DNA of 64,000 nucleotides from Sulfolobales archaeon. Its GTDB lineage: Archaea > Thermoproteota > Thermoprotei_A > Sulfolobales > AG1. Positions within the stretch are counted from its first letter, which is position 1; the number at the start of each line of letters is the position of its first letter. Positions 40,204 through 50,795 of this stretch are shown here, in pieces. The notes under the pieces are model-generated. The model saw only the letters and a list, made by a program, of their open reading frames with translations. It did not search any database and was not told the DNA's origin. The DNA is taken from contig JAWBYA010000001.1 of the NCBI GenBank assembly GCA_038867615.1, forward strand, positions 448,001 to 512,000, written 5' to 3'. Both the position numbers and the translations under genes were made by a program.

Positions 40204-41793
40204 ATGGATGGGGCTTATATTTATCTCCTAGCTTTGCCGCGTGATTGTTTCTCGATACTCGTGTTGTTTTGGCTTGAGCGAGTGCTACGTTTTAAATATA
40301 TTTTTCTTGTATTGTTAGTATTGGTTTCTGTAGTGGGGCGTGGCGTGCTTTTTAGTGGGAAGGGGGCTGTTCTCGTGGTTGTTGTTCTTGGTGTTTTTAT
40401 GAGTGCTGTTGATGTTACCATAGTTGTTCTCGCCCTCCCCAGCATTGCCCAGGATCTTGGCTCTGGTCTTGGTCCCGTGGTCTGGGTTATACTCTCCTAC
40501 TCCCTCGTGATCTCATCCCTCACAACCCAGCTGGGGAGGCTTGGCGATGCTTTCGGCAGAGGTTTTATGTATAACCTCGGCCTCATCATATTCTCCCTCG
40601 GCTCTTTATTATGTGGTTTATCGACGAGCGGTTCTATGCTCATAGCATCTAGGGTTGTTCAGGGTATAGGGGCCTCGATGATCCAGGCTAATAGCGGGGC
40701 CGTCATAGCCGATCATTTCGAGAGCTGGGAGAGGGGGAGGGCTTTCGGATACACAGCCCTCGGGTGGAGTATGGGGGCTATCGTGGGGATCCTTCTCGGA
40801 GGCTTGGTTGTAACCTATGCTGGGTGGAGATATATATTCCTAATAAACGTCCCCATAGGATTGGTACTCTCTGTCCTGGGCCTCAGGGTTATAAAGAGCA
40901 GGCGGGGAACCCCGGGGTGCTTCGACATCCCTGGAGCATCGATCCTCTTCTTTCTTCTCCTCCTAGTATCGATAGCATCCTATAGATCTATATTTGAGGG
41001 CCTCTCACAAAGTGTATCTATACTCGCAGCTACAGGCCTCCTACTCCTCGCACTCTTCATACTAGTCGAGAGGAGATCTTTAGAGACCTCTTCAGAGAGA
41101 TCCTCGTGCCCCGTGATAGACCTCGGGATCTTTGGTAATAGATACCTATCATACTCACTCCTAGCAGCATTTCTCCAAAGCGTTGGCATGTTCGCATCAT
41201 CATTCATACTAACCATCTACCTCCAAGGCGTGAGGGGTCTCACACCTCTCGAGACATCTCTGCTCTTGCTACCAAGCTACCTCGTATCCAGCATAATAGC
41301 ACCAATAGCTGGGAGGCTATCCGATAGATATGGCTCTAGGATCCCTGCGAGCCTCGGAATATCCCTCATGCTCGCCTCCTCAACAATCTATGCATTAATA
41401 CTAAACCCCGGAATGCCATTGGAATACATAGTGCTCATATCGATCGTGGGGGGCATAGGATCCTCGATCTTCTTCCCAGCAAACAACAGGGCCGTGATGG
41501 TGAGCGCATCAAGCGACATATACGGAGGAGTCTCGGGACTCCTAAGAACACTTAACAACATAGGTACACTGCTAAGCTACTCAATAGCCATAGCAGTCTC
41601 ATCAACAACAGTACCGAGGGATATAGCCCTCACAGCATTCCTAGGCGAAAGAGTTATCGGGGGCATCGGGGCTGGCTTTGTAGAGGGCCTCAGATCCTCG
41701 TTCGCGGTATCAGCAGCAATACTCCTAATCACACTCATCCTATCGATCCAGAGGGGAGGGGAGGATTTAAAGCATGGGAACACCACTAGATAG
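40204..41793 (+). CDS. MFS transporter, DHA2 (EmrB/QacA) family
   Basis: DVTIVVLALP, GRLGDAFGR and WRYIFLINVPIG. True start probably ~40344. Confidence 0.9.
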   Translation: MDGAYIYLLALPRDCFSILVLFWLERVLRFKYIFLVLLVLVSVVGRGVLFSGKGAVLVVVVLGVFMSAVDVTIVVLALPSIAQDLGSGLGPVVWVILSYSLVISSLTTQLGRLGDAFGRGFMYNLGLIIFSLGSLLCGLSTSGSMLIASRVVQGIGASMIQANSGAVIADHFESWERGRAFGYTALGWSMGAIVGILLGGLVVTYAGWRYIFLINVPIGLVLSVLGLRVIKSRRGTPGCFDIPGASILFFLLLLVSIASYRSIFEGLSQSVSILAATGLLLLALFILVERRSLETSSERSSCPVIDLGIFGNRYLSYSLLAAFLQSVGMFASSFILTIYLQGVRGLTPLETSLLLLPSYLVSSIIAPIAGRLSDRYGSRIPASLGISLMLASSTIYALILNPGMPLEYIVLISIVGGIGSSIFFPANNRAVMVSASSDIYGGVSGLLRTLNNIGTLLSYSIAIAVSSTTVPRDIALTAFLGERVIGGIGAGFVEGLRSSFAVSAAILLITLILSIQRGGEDLKHGNTTR

Positions 41794-41814
41794 GGGATAG
41801 CTATACATCGCTGC

Positions 41815-42252
41815 GTGTTCTGCGAGATAGTGCGTGGGAGGGAGGCATCGTGGAGGATCTATGAGGATAACGAGATCATAGCATTCCTAGACAAATACCC
41901 AACAAGCTACGGCCACGCCCTAATAGCACCTAAAGAGCATTACGAAAACGTTATAGAGACACCCCCAAACCTAGTCTCAAGAGCATTCATAGTGGCAAGA
42001 GCCATCGGAAAAGCAGCTATAAAAGGGCTCGGTGCTAGTGGTTTCAGAATAGTCGCCAACACAGGATCCTCAGCAGGACAGATCATATTCCACTTCCACG
42101 TCCACATAATCCCAAGATACTCATACGGAGACCCGGGACCCATAGAACCAAGATCAGAGATCACAGAAGAAACAGCTAGAGAAATCGTTGAGAGCTATAA
42201 AAAAGCCCTAGAGGATAGAGAGATAAGACGCATGATAGCAGGTGAAGCATAA
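41815..42252 (+). CDS. HIT family hydrolase
   Basis: FCEI and HFHVHIIPR. Confidence 0.92.
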   Translation: MFCEIVRGREASWRIYEDNEIIAFLDKYPTSYGHALIAPKEHYENVIETPPNLVSRAFIVARAIGKAAIKGLGASGFRIVANTGSSAGQIIFHFHVHIIPRYSYGDPGPIEPRSEITEETAREIVESYKKALEDREIRRMIAGEA

Positions 42253-42488
42253 CCATTTATTCTAGTATTCTTTACCCCTCATATCTAGGGAAACCAACCC
42301 GTCGACAGGGATCTCTGCCCATATATACTATTAAACCCAGCGAAACAGAGCTCCTATACTAAAAGATCTTTTCTAGGTATCTTAAACATGCTTCCATCCT
42401 ATTCAGAACAGATATTGAAAGTAGCTATAATCAGAATGAATATCGGTAAGAGAACAGCTCATCGTTATATATTTCAATACCACTATAT

Positions 42489-43331
42489 ATGCGGAGCGGG
42501 ATGAGTGAGAAAGATATAGAGAGGGCTTTGCTCGAGATCCTGAGAACAAGATCTAGGGAGCTTGTAGAGGCTATTCTGAATACCATCGAGACAAGCGATG
42601 ATCTCATGCTAAGACTCGCATCAATAGTCTCCAAAAGACTAGCAATACCCCTTAATGTGGCTACCCAGAGTGATCTAAAAGCTCTCGAAGGCACGATCAG
42701 ATCCGAGATCGCCGGTCTCGGACAGAGGATCACTGGTTTAGAATCTACTTTGAAGTCTGAGGTTTCAAGGCTTGATCAGAGGATCACCGGTCTGGATCAA
42801 AGAATCGCAGGACTTGATCAGAGAGTTTCTGGTTTAGAGTCTACTTTGAAGTCCGAAGTCTCAAAACTAGATCAGAGGATTGCTGGGCTTGATCAGAGGA
42901 TCGGTAAGGTTGAGGGTGAGTTAAGCAAAGTTAGGAGAACGGTTAGGGATATTGCAAGAACTATTGAGAACATAACAATCTCTATCGAGGAGGAGGCCAG
43001 GATTGCTGTGGAGAGGTTTTTAAAAGAGAGAGGTTTGGAGATAAGCATCAGGCCTATCGTGCTTGATAGGAGGTATGAGTTCGATATATACGGCTCGCGC
43101 GATGGTTTCGTGATCGTTGGTGAAGCTAAGACAAAGGCTAGTGAGAGGCTTGTTGACAGGCTTGCAAAGAGAATCGAGGAGGCTAGAAAGAAATGGCCAG
43201 AGAAATTCACAGGCAACGTTATTATGGTGCTTTACTGCCTAAAATACATAGGCGACCCCAAGAAAGCCGAAGAAAAGGGAGTATGGCTAATAGAATCCTC
43301 GAGGGAGCTAACAAAAATCCCCCTGGCCTAG
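42489..43331 (+). CDS. Coiled-coil repeat protein with C-terminal PD-(D/E)XK-like domain
   Basis: Heptad repeats (I.GLDQR) with a 96 bp internal duplication; EFDIYG...GEAKT. Confidence 0.75.
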   Translation: MRSGMSEKDIERALLEILRTRSRELVEAILNTIETSDDLMLRLASIVSKRLAIPLNVATQSDLKALEGTIRSEIAGLGQRITGLESTLKSEVSRLDQRITGLDQRIAGLDQRVSGLESTLKSEVSKLDQRIAGLDQRIGKVEGELSKVRRTVRDIARTIENITISIEEEARIAVERFLKERGLEISIRPIVLDRRYEFDIYGSRDGFVIVGEAKTKASERLVDRLAKRIEEARKKWPEKFTGNVIMVLYCLKYIGDPKKAEEKGVWLIESSRELTKIPLA

Positions 43332-43367
43332 CATAAACTCCTTACTAGATCTCAATTCCCTCATCGT

Positions 43368-43490
43368 GGAGTTCCGGGCTTCACAGCGGTTTGTATTTGT
43401 TTATGTCAGCCGTTAGTTCCCTTTGCTTAACTACCCACCTGACTCTCTATGGATGCTTGTAGAGCAGCATATATTATTCCTAACTAGTTT
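43368..43490 (-). mobile_element. Internally deleted, decayed copy 4 of the element
   Basis: ggagttccgggcttcacagcggtt matches the right end; cccacctgactctctat and tagagcagcatatattattcc match left-part blocks. Confidence 0.6.
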
Positions 43491-44334
43491 GTATGGGCTG
43501 TAGCTAGATATGCTTCTGGATTGCTGCAGCGAGTATAGGGTCTGGTACTGTGTAGTGTTCGTCTCGCTTCTCTATCAAGCCTGCCTTGATGAGTTTCTGG
43601 AGAAGTGTGTTGAAATTATGATCATCTATCTCTATACCCTCGCTGAACTCTAGCGCTCTTTTCAGCTCGCTCCACCTTATAGGCTTCTGCGAGGCTAGCT
43701 TGAGTATCGTTCTGAACCTCTTCACGGATCTTGTTCTTGCTAGGAATCTCTTCACCTCTTCTGCCTCTTGTCTAGAGGCGGTGTCCACTATATTCTCAAG
43801 ATCCCTTACACCGTTTACATAGCTCCACCCGAAAAAGGTTAGCCAGCCTATGAGGCCGTCGAGCCTCTCAACAGCCTCCTCGATCACATGCCTGCTAACC
43901 GCAACACTAGACTCGCTGAAACCTCTCTCGAGAAAATCTATAGACTCGCTTCTAGAAAGCCTCTTAACCCTCACCTCGGACACAAGCCTCCCATAGAGAG
44001 GACTCTCGGGATCTTCAATGCCCAGCATGTCATAGAGTAACCCGACCTGAGAGCCGGATAGGATCACGACAAGGTTTCTCAGATGATCATATGTATAGGC
44101 AAGCAGCTTTGAGAAATCCAGATTCAGAGGCAACAGTTCTTGGAGCTCGTCGAAAACCAGGGCAAGCCTTATACCCTCGTTTTCTGCAAACATGTTTAAG
44201 GTTTCTAGGAGGGTGGCTATATTGAATCTCTCCCTCCTCTTCCACCTCAAGGAGATCCTAGCGATGGAAAAATCAACCTCAACACCACTAACACCCCTCA
44301 GAAGACCCAGCAACCTATCAGCGAAACCCCTATG

Positions 44335-44686
44335 CCGTAGCCAGCTGTTTCAGGTTTCATGATGGTTTATAGGGGTTGATATTGAATCGTAGTTCTACAA
44401 TAATGGAACATTATATAAGCTCTGTATTTTATTGGGATGCCTGCCCAGCAATGAGGGTGGAGATAGAGACCCGAGTGGGTGGGTTAAATAAAAAGCCCAG
44501 GATGTGGGGGTTTCCCCACAGCTATGAACCCGAGCAATGCTATGAAGGGGAGCTGTGGGTTGGGGTCACCCTGAATGGGTGGAGGCCAATGATATGGGCT
44601 CCGATGAAAGGAGCCCTGAGGCCTATGAAGCCAAGGGCTGAGCGGTTGATATCAAGCAATATCAACCGTAGTGAAGCCCGAACCCC
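44335..44686 (+). mobile_element. Non-autonomous IS607/IS200-605-like element, copy 2
   Basis: Starts CCGTAGCCAGCTGTTTC, ends GAAGCCCGAACCCC, TATA at 44411-44419; colinear with copy 1. Confidence 0.85.
44434..44686 (+). ncRNA. Putative omega-RNA-like structured RNA with three kink-turns
   Basis: Downstream of a TATA box; helices and GA/GA motifs conserved between copies 1 and 2; 5' end approximate. Confidence 0.6.
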
Positions 44687-44904
44687 CTGCGAGGCCCTAC
44701 AACGGCCACAAGCCTGGCATTCCTATAGCTCCTATAGAGGTTCTCAAGCTCCTCGGCAAAATCATACAGATCCTTCCTAGAGGTCTTAGGAGCTAAATCA
44801 AAGAGCAGAACCACCACCAGTAACTGGTGCTTATACCAGTTAATAAACAGCGAAACACCCACACATAAGATAACATTAAAATACACAAGCACAGAGCATG
44901 ACTA

Positions 44905-44995
44905 AAAGCAGAGATAAGGAGGCATGGTTAATAGAATCCTTAAGAGAGCTGACAAAGATCCTATATGATCTAGTGCGAGCATCCATTACCTAGAT
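44905..44995 (+). repeat. Degenerate direct copy of the 3' end of the 42489-43331 gene
   Basis: ggcatggttaatagaatccttaagagagctgacaaagatcc vs agtatggctaatagaatcctcgagggagctaacaaaaatcc (~43263-43350). Confidence 0.7.
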
Positions 44996-45079
44996 CCTCT
45001 CTACTATGAGAAAGCCTTCTACATCGGAATCAAGGCTGCTTGTATTTAGTAGTGAGGCTGTTTTTGGATAAGAAGGCCT

Positions 45080-45436
45080 TTATTTCATTAAGAGTCTTTC
45101 AGGCCTTATCTCCCTCTTCAAAGGATCGAGGATTAGGCCGAAGATCTTGAGAGTAACTGTCCTGAGGATGTTCCATCCTCGCTCTCTCTGAGGATCACTG
45201 GTGTGTCTCTCTCACTCACCATATCCATTCAGCTCTATCAGTACTTCGGAAACTTTTCTCTTGATAATGCTTCCATCTGCCAACACTAGCTCTGCTTCTC
45301 CAAGAGGCTCTAATCCTAAGTATTCCCGCACATTCTTCTTGGGGACAGTATATGTTATCCCGGAATCTACTAGGAGCTTTACCGAGATGCTCTTACCCAT
45401 GTGCTTCACTACAGCACCAATATGAACTAAATCCAT
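45080..45436 (-). pseudogene. Clan AA aspartyl protease pseudogene
   Basis: LLVDSG...LADG, a stop, then ILRTVTLKIFGLILDP. Confidence 0.7.
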
Positions 45437-45517
45437 CTGGTGCTCAAAAAAATAGCGGTATGGGTTTATTTTAAAGATCTTTTCCTAGGGATCTAGTTAT
45501 AGATCCCTTTTTTCGGT

Positions 45518-47632
45518 CTATGGAGCTGTTTTCTTAATCCTTGTTGAGGCTATTATGCTTCCAAGCCCTATTGGTAGTGCTGCTATGTTTAGGATCTCGC
45601 TTGGTATGATCATCATGATCCCGGTTATTGCTAGCACTATTCTCAAGGGCTTAGCGATCTCCCCTCTATGGTAGCCCACGTTTGCGAGGGTTAGGAACCA
45701 TATTCCCGCAAGGATTGCTGCGACTCTGGTTATGGTTAGGAGTGCTGCTTCTTGTGGTGGTGAGTGTAGGAGCACTGGTATTATTAGGATCGATGCTCCC
45801 CAGTATGAGTATACGAAGGATATGGAGTATATGTGTTTTGGTAATGCTACGAGGGCTGCCTTAACCCCTGCCTTTATAGGATCGAGTTTAAATACCGCGG
45901 CGGCTGCGAAGGCTGAGAGGGCTACCGGGGGTGTTACGTCGGCCAGCATCGCCATGTAGAATAGGAACATATGGGTTGAGAGTGTAGCGGTATCCTGCGG
46001 TATCCCTATGGATGTTGCAAGACCTATTATTGCTGGGGCTGTTAGTAGTGATGAGAGCACATAGGTTGCTGTTGGAGGAACCCCCATGCCCAGGACTAGT
46101 GAGAAGCCCCATGCGAAGAGTATTGCTAGCACGAGGTTGTTCTGTATTATTGCTAACAAGGCTAGTGTGAACTTCTGGGACAACCCGGAGATCACCACCA
46201 TGCTCATGATCACGTTGGCCATGGCTATCGATGCACCTATAGATGCCATCGGTATAAAGCCTTCTTGAAGCCCCACCCATATGTTCTTGATCCTCGGCCT
46301 GAGATCCTTATCAAGGGCCGCGAGGATTATTGAGAAGATAATAGCTATTGTTACTGCGAGGGATACGCTGTATCCAAGGAAGATCAGGGCTAGTATTAGG
46401 AAGGCAGGGGCAAACACATGGATCTTGAAAGAACCCTTCTCAGAAACCACGACGGGTTTTAACCCAGCCTTCCTCGAATAGTACTCGTTATAGAGGTATA
46501 TGGATGATATATATAGAAGGGCTGGGATGATAGCCATGATCACAACACTGCTATAGGGTATAGCCAGGATCTCCGCCATTATGAAGGCGACAGACCCGAG
46601 AATAGGCGGGGTTATTATAGCCAGGGTTCCGGCGTTAGCGGCAAGCCCGGCAGCCGAGAGATCATCATAACCAGCTGCCTTGAAAATAGGCTTCATAGTA
46701 GAGGATATAAAGGTGGTGTCAGCAGCACCCGACCCAGAGACCATACCCATCCCAGTCCCCATGAGGGTGGCAACCCTGCCCACGCTAGCAGGGCTCCTAC
46801 CCATCCTTGAGAGAAATGTTCTAGCCATGGCCTCACCATACCCCAGGGCCCCCAGGATCCCGGCTAGTATTGTGAAATAAACCACATATTTTAGAGAAAC
46901 CCCTGTTACGAGTCCGAAGAGTGCTGCCTCGCTCTCGATATAGATCTTCCCGACGAGGTAGTCTATCGAGAAACCCGGGTGGGACCATGGGGGTGGGAGG
47001 CCTGGTGCGTAGATATTATAGAGTATAAAGATCGTTACGAGGAGGGGCATCTCAGGCCCGACAAGCCTGAGGACAAGACCCATTAGGAGGAGAACCTCCG
47101 ACCAGCCCATATAGAGATCGGCTGGGAGAGGCACTACAGCCCTGTAGATCAGGTTCTCATAATCATACACCATATATAGATACGGAGGTACCGCTGCTGC
47201 GAGACACACTAGATCTAGATACCTAGCCTTTCCACTGCTCCTCAGAACAAGGGGTGAGAGAATGGCTACGAACCATACTAACATGGTTAGAGTACTGTAG
47301 AGGGGGCTTTTGAGAAAAAGAGCCAGCTGGATCGTTGGTATCAGTGTTAGAATAGAAGTTATATAGGCGATCGCAAGCCTAACCCTACCCATCCTCGGTC
47401 TAGCTGTGTAGGAGAGTAGAAACCCCACTAGCAGTATGAAGAACACGTGTGTTGCTCTCTGCAGCTGCGTTAGATCCAGAATACCTATTCTATATAGATA
47501 TGATAACGGCGTGTAGGGGTGGAAGATGAGGTATAGATGGTATAGGGAGGCTATAATAGCTATAACGCCCAGGGCTTTCTTAGCAAGATCCTTTGCATGG
47601 CTCTCCCCCAAATGATTTTTCAAAACAAACAC
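45518..47632 (-). CDS. TRAP transporter fused 4TM/12TM permease
   Basis: SGSGAAD, PPILGSVAFIMAE, LGMGVP and DVTPPVAL. Confidence 0.92.
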   Translation of the reverse strand: MFVLKNHLGESHAKDLAKKALGVIAIIASLYHLYLIFHPYTPLSYLYRIGILDLTQLQRATHVFFILLVGFLLSYTARPRMGRVRLAIAYITSILTLIPTIQLALFLKSPLYSTLTMLVWFVAILSPLVLRSSGKARYLDLVCLAAAVPPYLYMVYDYENLIYRAVVPLPADLYMGWSEVLLLMGLVLRLVGPEMPLLVTIFILYNIYAPGLPPPWSHPGFSIDYLVGKIYIESEAALFGLVTGVSLKYVVYFTILAGILGALGYGEAMARTFLSRMGRSPASVGRVATLMGTGMGMVSGSGAADTTFISSTMKPIFKAAGYDDLSAAGLAANAGTLAIITPPILGSVAFIMAEILAIPYSSVVIMAIIPALLYISSIYLYNEYYSRKAGLKPVVVSEKGSFKIHVFAPAFLILALIFLGYSVSLAVTIAIIFSIILAALDKDLRPRIKNIWVGLQEGFIPMASIGASIAMANVIMSMVVISGLSQKFTLALLAIIQNNLVLAILFAWGFSLVLGMGVPPTATYVLSSLLTAPAIIGLATSIGIPQDTATLSTHMFLFYMAMLADVTPPVALSAFAAAAVFKLDPIKAGVKAALVALPKHIYSISFVYSYWGASILIIPVLLHSPPQEAALLTITRVAAILAGIWFLTLANVGYHRGEIAKPLRIVLAITGIMMIIPSEILNIAALPIGLGSIIASTRIKKTAP

Positions 47633-47795
47633 CTAGTAGTAAAACTGTGGAAAGATATAAATAGCTGGGTATATTGTGTGTTGCGGTAAAACGAGCAATC
47701 CATATCCTTTAAAGAGATCTCGATGCCTAATGGCTAGATAATACATAACCATAACAAGTGGGTAAATATTAGCTATCAATATGAATACATTATAG

Positions 47796-48281
47796 ATGAC
47801 AAGCCTGGGAGTCCTGGCGATATCTATCACACTACCGATCATATTGGTATCGATCGCATTATTCGCAACAGCTATTTATCTCGATAAAGAGATCCTGGTC
47901 GTTGTTGAAAACAACACAGTAGCAATGCTCCCAGCATCATGCGGTTCAAATATATATTTGGTGTTCAACAACTCGGTAACAGGCTCGCGGGTTGAGATCA
48001 CATATGGGTATTGCGGTTCTTTTGAGGGGAGATATATGATCACGGATAGCGCTGCTTACGAATACTACTCAATGGGGTTTATCGATGTCAACAAGTCTAT
48101 TTCAAGCTATAGGGGGGAGTATATAGCATTCTGCAGTGAGAGCAGCATCTATATAGGGATAGATGGTTTTGAGAGGCATGTTCCGCCGGGGTCTTGCATA
48201 GTGGTTACAAGCCTGGGTGTGGTTTTAAAAAACATGTTGAGGGAGATCCCGGGTTTCCCGTGGATCTCTATCCCTACTTAA
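47796..48281 (+). CDS. DUF1850-like small membrane-anchored protein
   Basis: N-terminal TM helix, FNNSVTGSRVEITY; lies between TAXI and permease genes. Confidence 0.55.
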   Translation: MTSLGVLAISITLPIILVSIALFATAIYLDKEILVVVENNTVAMLPASCGSNIYLVFNNSVTGSRVEITYGYCGSFEGRYMITDSAAYEYYSMGFIDVNKSISSYRGEYIAFCSESSIYIGIDGFERHVPPGSCIVVTSLGVVLKNMLREIPGFPWISIPT

Positions 48282-49314
48282 CCACACCTACCTCTCTATA
48301 GTATTTCAGAGCACCCTCGTTATACGGTATAGTTCCCCCGATGTATTTCACGGCATTCTGGGGGGTCGTATCCTTCGCCGGGGCTACTGCTTTCTGGAGC
48401 AGGTCTAGGCGTTCGAACACTGCTTTGGTTATCTTGTAGGCAACATCGGGTGGTGTATCCTTGTGGCAGACAAACATGTTCCAGAAGCTGAGGGTCTGGG
48501 TATCGCTATCCGTACCATAGACGTTCTTTGGTATAGTGCCTGGTGCAGCGATACCTGGGTATCTATTTGAGAACTCACTGATCACGTCGTCTGTCACTGG
48601 TACCAAGTAGATCTTCAGACCCCTCTGGGCAAGTGTTTTCGAGAGCTCCACTATAGAGCCTGTAGGTACTCCCCCGCTCCAGAAATAGGCATCTATAGTC
48701 CCGTCTCTCAGCGCGTTGGCACTCTCCTCAGCCCCCAGCCTCTCCCACTTCGAGAAATCCTTAGAAGGATCTATCCCTATTATTCGGAGGAGTAGGAGGG
48801 CTTCAACCTCCGTACCGCTGCCGGGAGCCCCTGTGGATACCCTCTTACCCTTGAGATCCTGGAGTGTCTTGATACCCTTGTCGGCTGTTGTTACTATGTG
48901 GAGGTAGTTTGGATACATAGCCCAGAGGATAGAGATAGGTGCTGTGGCGTTCTTAAACCTATCATGCTGCCCGGTATAGGCTAGATAGGCTGAGTCTGGG
49001 AGAACAGCTGCGCAGTATATTACACCGTTGGCAAGATCAGTCTTATCCCTTATGAGGAGCAGGTTATCTATAGACGCTGCTGTCTGGATGCTTGTAGCAC
49101 TAATATCTGTGTAGTTGGATATGATTCCAGCCACGGTTGCTCCGTAGTAATAGTAAACACCACCCACACCCCCTGTAGCGATCACTACTTTGTATTTAAT
49201 CGACTGCCCGGCTTGCCCGGCTAGCTGGTTATATGCTACGAAGCCCGCGACTATAGCTATAACTATCACAGCTATTACTACATATAGAGCTGTTTTTGAC
49301 AGGCCCTTCAACAT
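48274..49314 (-). CDS. TAXI family TRAP solute receptor
   Basis: IATGGVGGVYY and LKGKRVSTGAPGSGTE. Confidence 0.92.
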   Translation of the reverse strand: MLKGLSKTALYVVIAVIVIAIVAGFVAYNQLAGQAGQSIKYKVVIATGGVGGVYYYYGATVAGIISNYTDISATSIQTAASIDNLLLIRDKTDLANGVIYCAAVLPDSAYLAYTGQHDRFKNATAPISILWAMYPNYLHIVTTADKGIKTLQDLKGKRVSTGAPGSGTEVEALLLLRIIGIDPSKDFSKWERLGAEESANALRDGTIDAYFWSGGVPTGSIVELSKTLAQRGLKIYLVPVTDDVISEFSNRYPGIAAPGTIPKNVYGTDSDTQTLSFWNMFVCHKDTPPDVAYKITKAVFERLDLLQKAVAPAKDTTPQNAVKYIGGTIPYNEGALKYYREVGVVK

Positions 49315-49538
49315 AGAAATCCCATGGAGGATTATCTCCGAGGAATATAAGTATCGAATTAAAAATTATTGATAGCTTTATATAGTATAGCCGGGTATGT
49401 TAATCTATATGAATAGAACGTAGATCGAGGACTTAGACTCTATAATCGTCCTAGCAAGCGATCCTTAACAAGGGCTTTAACAATCTAGGGAGTGCTTATG
49501 CTTAGACGAGGTTTGCACACCGGCCTGATGCTTTTAAT

Positions 49539-50783
49539 ATGCTTGTGGTTATAGAATATCTGTGGGCCGTGAGTATGGAGGATAGGAATGACTATGACGA
49601 TGTAAGCATGGATAGAGATCTTGAGAGATATCTGAGATATCTAGAAAAATCCGTTAGAGAGCTTCAGGTTGAGAAGAAAAGCCTTATGGACGAGCTTGGC
49701 CAGTGCAGAATAGAGCTTGAGAAGATGCTCCAACCACCCCTCATAGAGGCTGTCGTGATAGACGTGCTGCCAGATGGTAGGGTTATTGTTAAGAGCTCCA
49801 CAGGTCCTAACCTAATCGTTGGTGTGAGTAGCAGGGTTGACCCCTCGGGCCTGAGACCAGGTGTTTCTGTCGCCCTTAATAACAGGGGGTCTGAGATCGT
49901 TGAGATCCTCGGGACTAGAGAGGATCCTTTGGTAACTGCTATGAAGCTCGTTGAGAAGCCCAAGACAAAGTACTCCGATATAGGGGGGTTGGAGGAGCAG
50001 ATCAGAGAGATCAGGGAGGTTGTCGAGCTACCCCTAAAGAACCCAGAGCTCTTCAGAAAACTCGGGATCGAGCCCCCCAAGGGTGTTCTCCTCTACGGAC
50101 CCCCAGGGGTTGGTAAAACCCTCCTAGCAAGAGCCGTTGCTGGGGAGACAAACGCTACATTTATAAGGCTTGTAGCCTCAGAGCTAGCCCAGAAATTCAT
50201 AGGAGAAGGGGCTAGGATTGTTAGGGAGGTTTTCGCCCTCGCTAGGAAGAACGCACCATCTATAGTGCTTATAGACGAGATAGACGCTATAGCTGCTAAG
50301 AGGATAGATATCGGGACGAGCGGTGAGAGAGAGATCCACAGAACACTCACCCAGCTCCTAGCAGAGCTCGACGGCTTCGACCCGCTTGATAACGTTAAGA
50401 TCATAGCTACTACGAACAGAGTAGATATCCTAGACCCAGCTATCCTTAGGCCGGGGAGGTTCGATAGGATCATATATATACCCCTACCAGATAAGAGGGC
50501 TAGGAAGGAGATCTTCAGGGTTCATGCGAGGAGGCTGAACATAAAGGGAGAAGTAGATCTAGATATGCTTGCCTCAATAACAGAGGGAGCATCTGGAGCA
50601 GATATAAAGGCCATATGCACCGAGGCAGGCTATATAGCTATAAGGGCTGGGAGGGACTATATAACCATTGAGGATCTCGTCGAAGCTGCTAAGAAGATCA
50701 TGGGTAAGAAGGGATCAGGGGTAGAAGATATCGAAACACCACCCACGGCACAGAATAAACAGGCCGCTTACCAGCACATCTAG
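49539..50783 (+). CDS. pan: Proteasome-activating nucleotidase
   Basis: Coiled coil, OB domain, [12 protein letters not shown] and RPGRFDR. Start probably ~49575. Confidence 0.95.
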   Translation: MLVVIEYLWAVSMEDRNDYDDVSMDRDLERYLRYLEKSVRELQVEKKSLMDELGQCRIELEKMLQPPLIEAVVIDVLPDGRVIVKSSTGPNLIVGVSSRVDPSGLRPGVSVALNNRGSEIVEILGTREDPLVTAMKLVEKPKTKYSDIGGLEEQIREIREVVELPLKNPELFRKLGIEPPKGVLLYGPPGVGKTLLARAVAGETNATFIRLVASELAQKFIGEGARIVREVFALARKNAPSIVLIDEIDAIAAKRIDIGTSGEREIHRTLTQLLAELDGFDPLDNVKIIATTNRVDILDPAILRPGRFDRIIYIPLPDKRARKEIFRVHARRLNIKGEVDLDMLASITEGASGADIKAICTEAGYIAIRAGRDYITIEDLVEAAKKIMGKKGSGVEDIETPPTAQNKQAAYQHI

Positions 50784-50795
50784 CCGGGGTTTGTT

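Larger units (their letters stand above)
43504..44817 (-). pseudogene. Archaeal (DEXX-box) ATPase pseudogene interrupted by element copy 2
   Basis: LFDLAPKTSRKDLYD...VVGPRR upstream of the element; FDELQ, SGSQVG, SPLYGR and GWL downstream. Confidence 0.85.

Noticed and set aside
42405-42421. Isolated ATTGAAAG
   Set aside because: The rest of the CRISPR repeat is absent.
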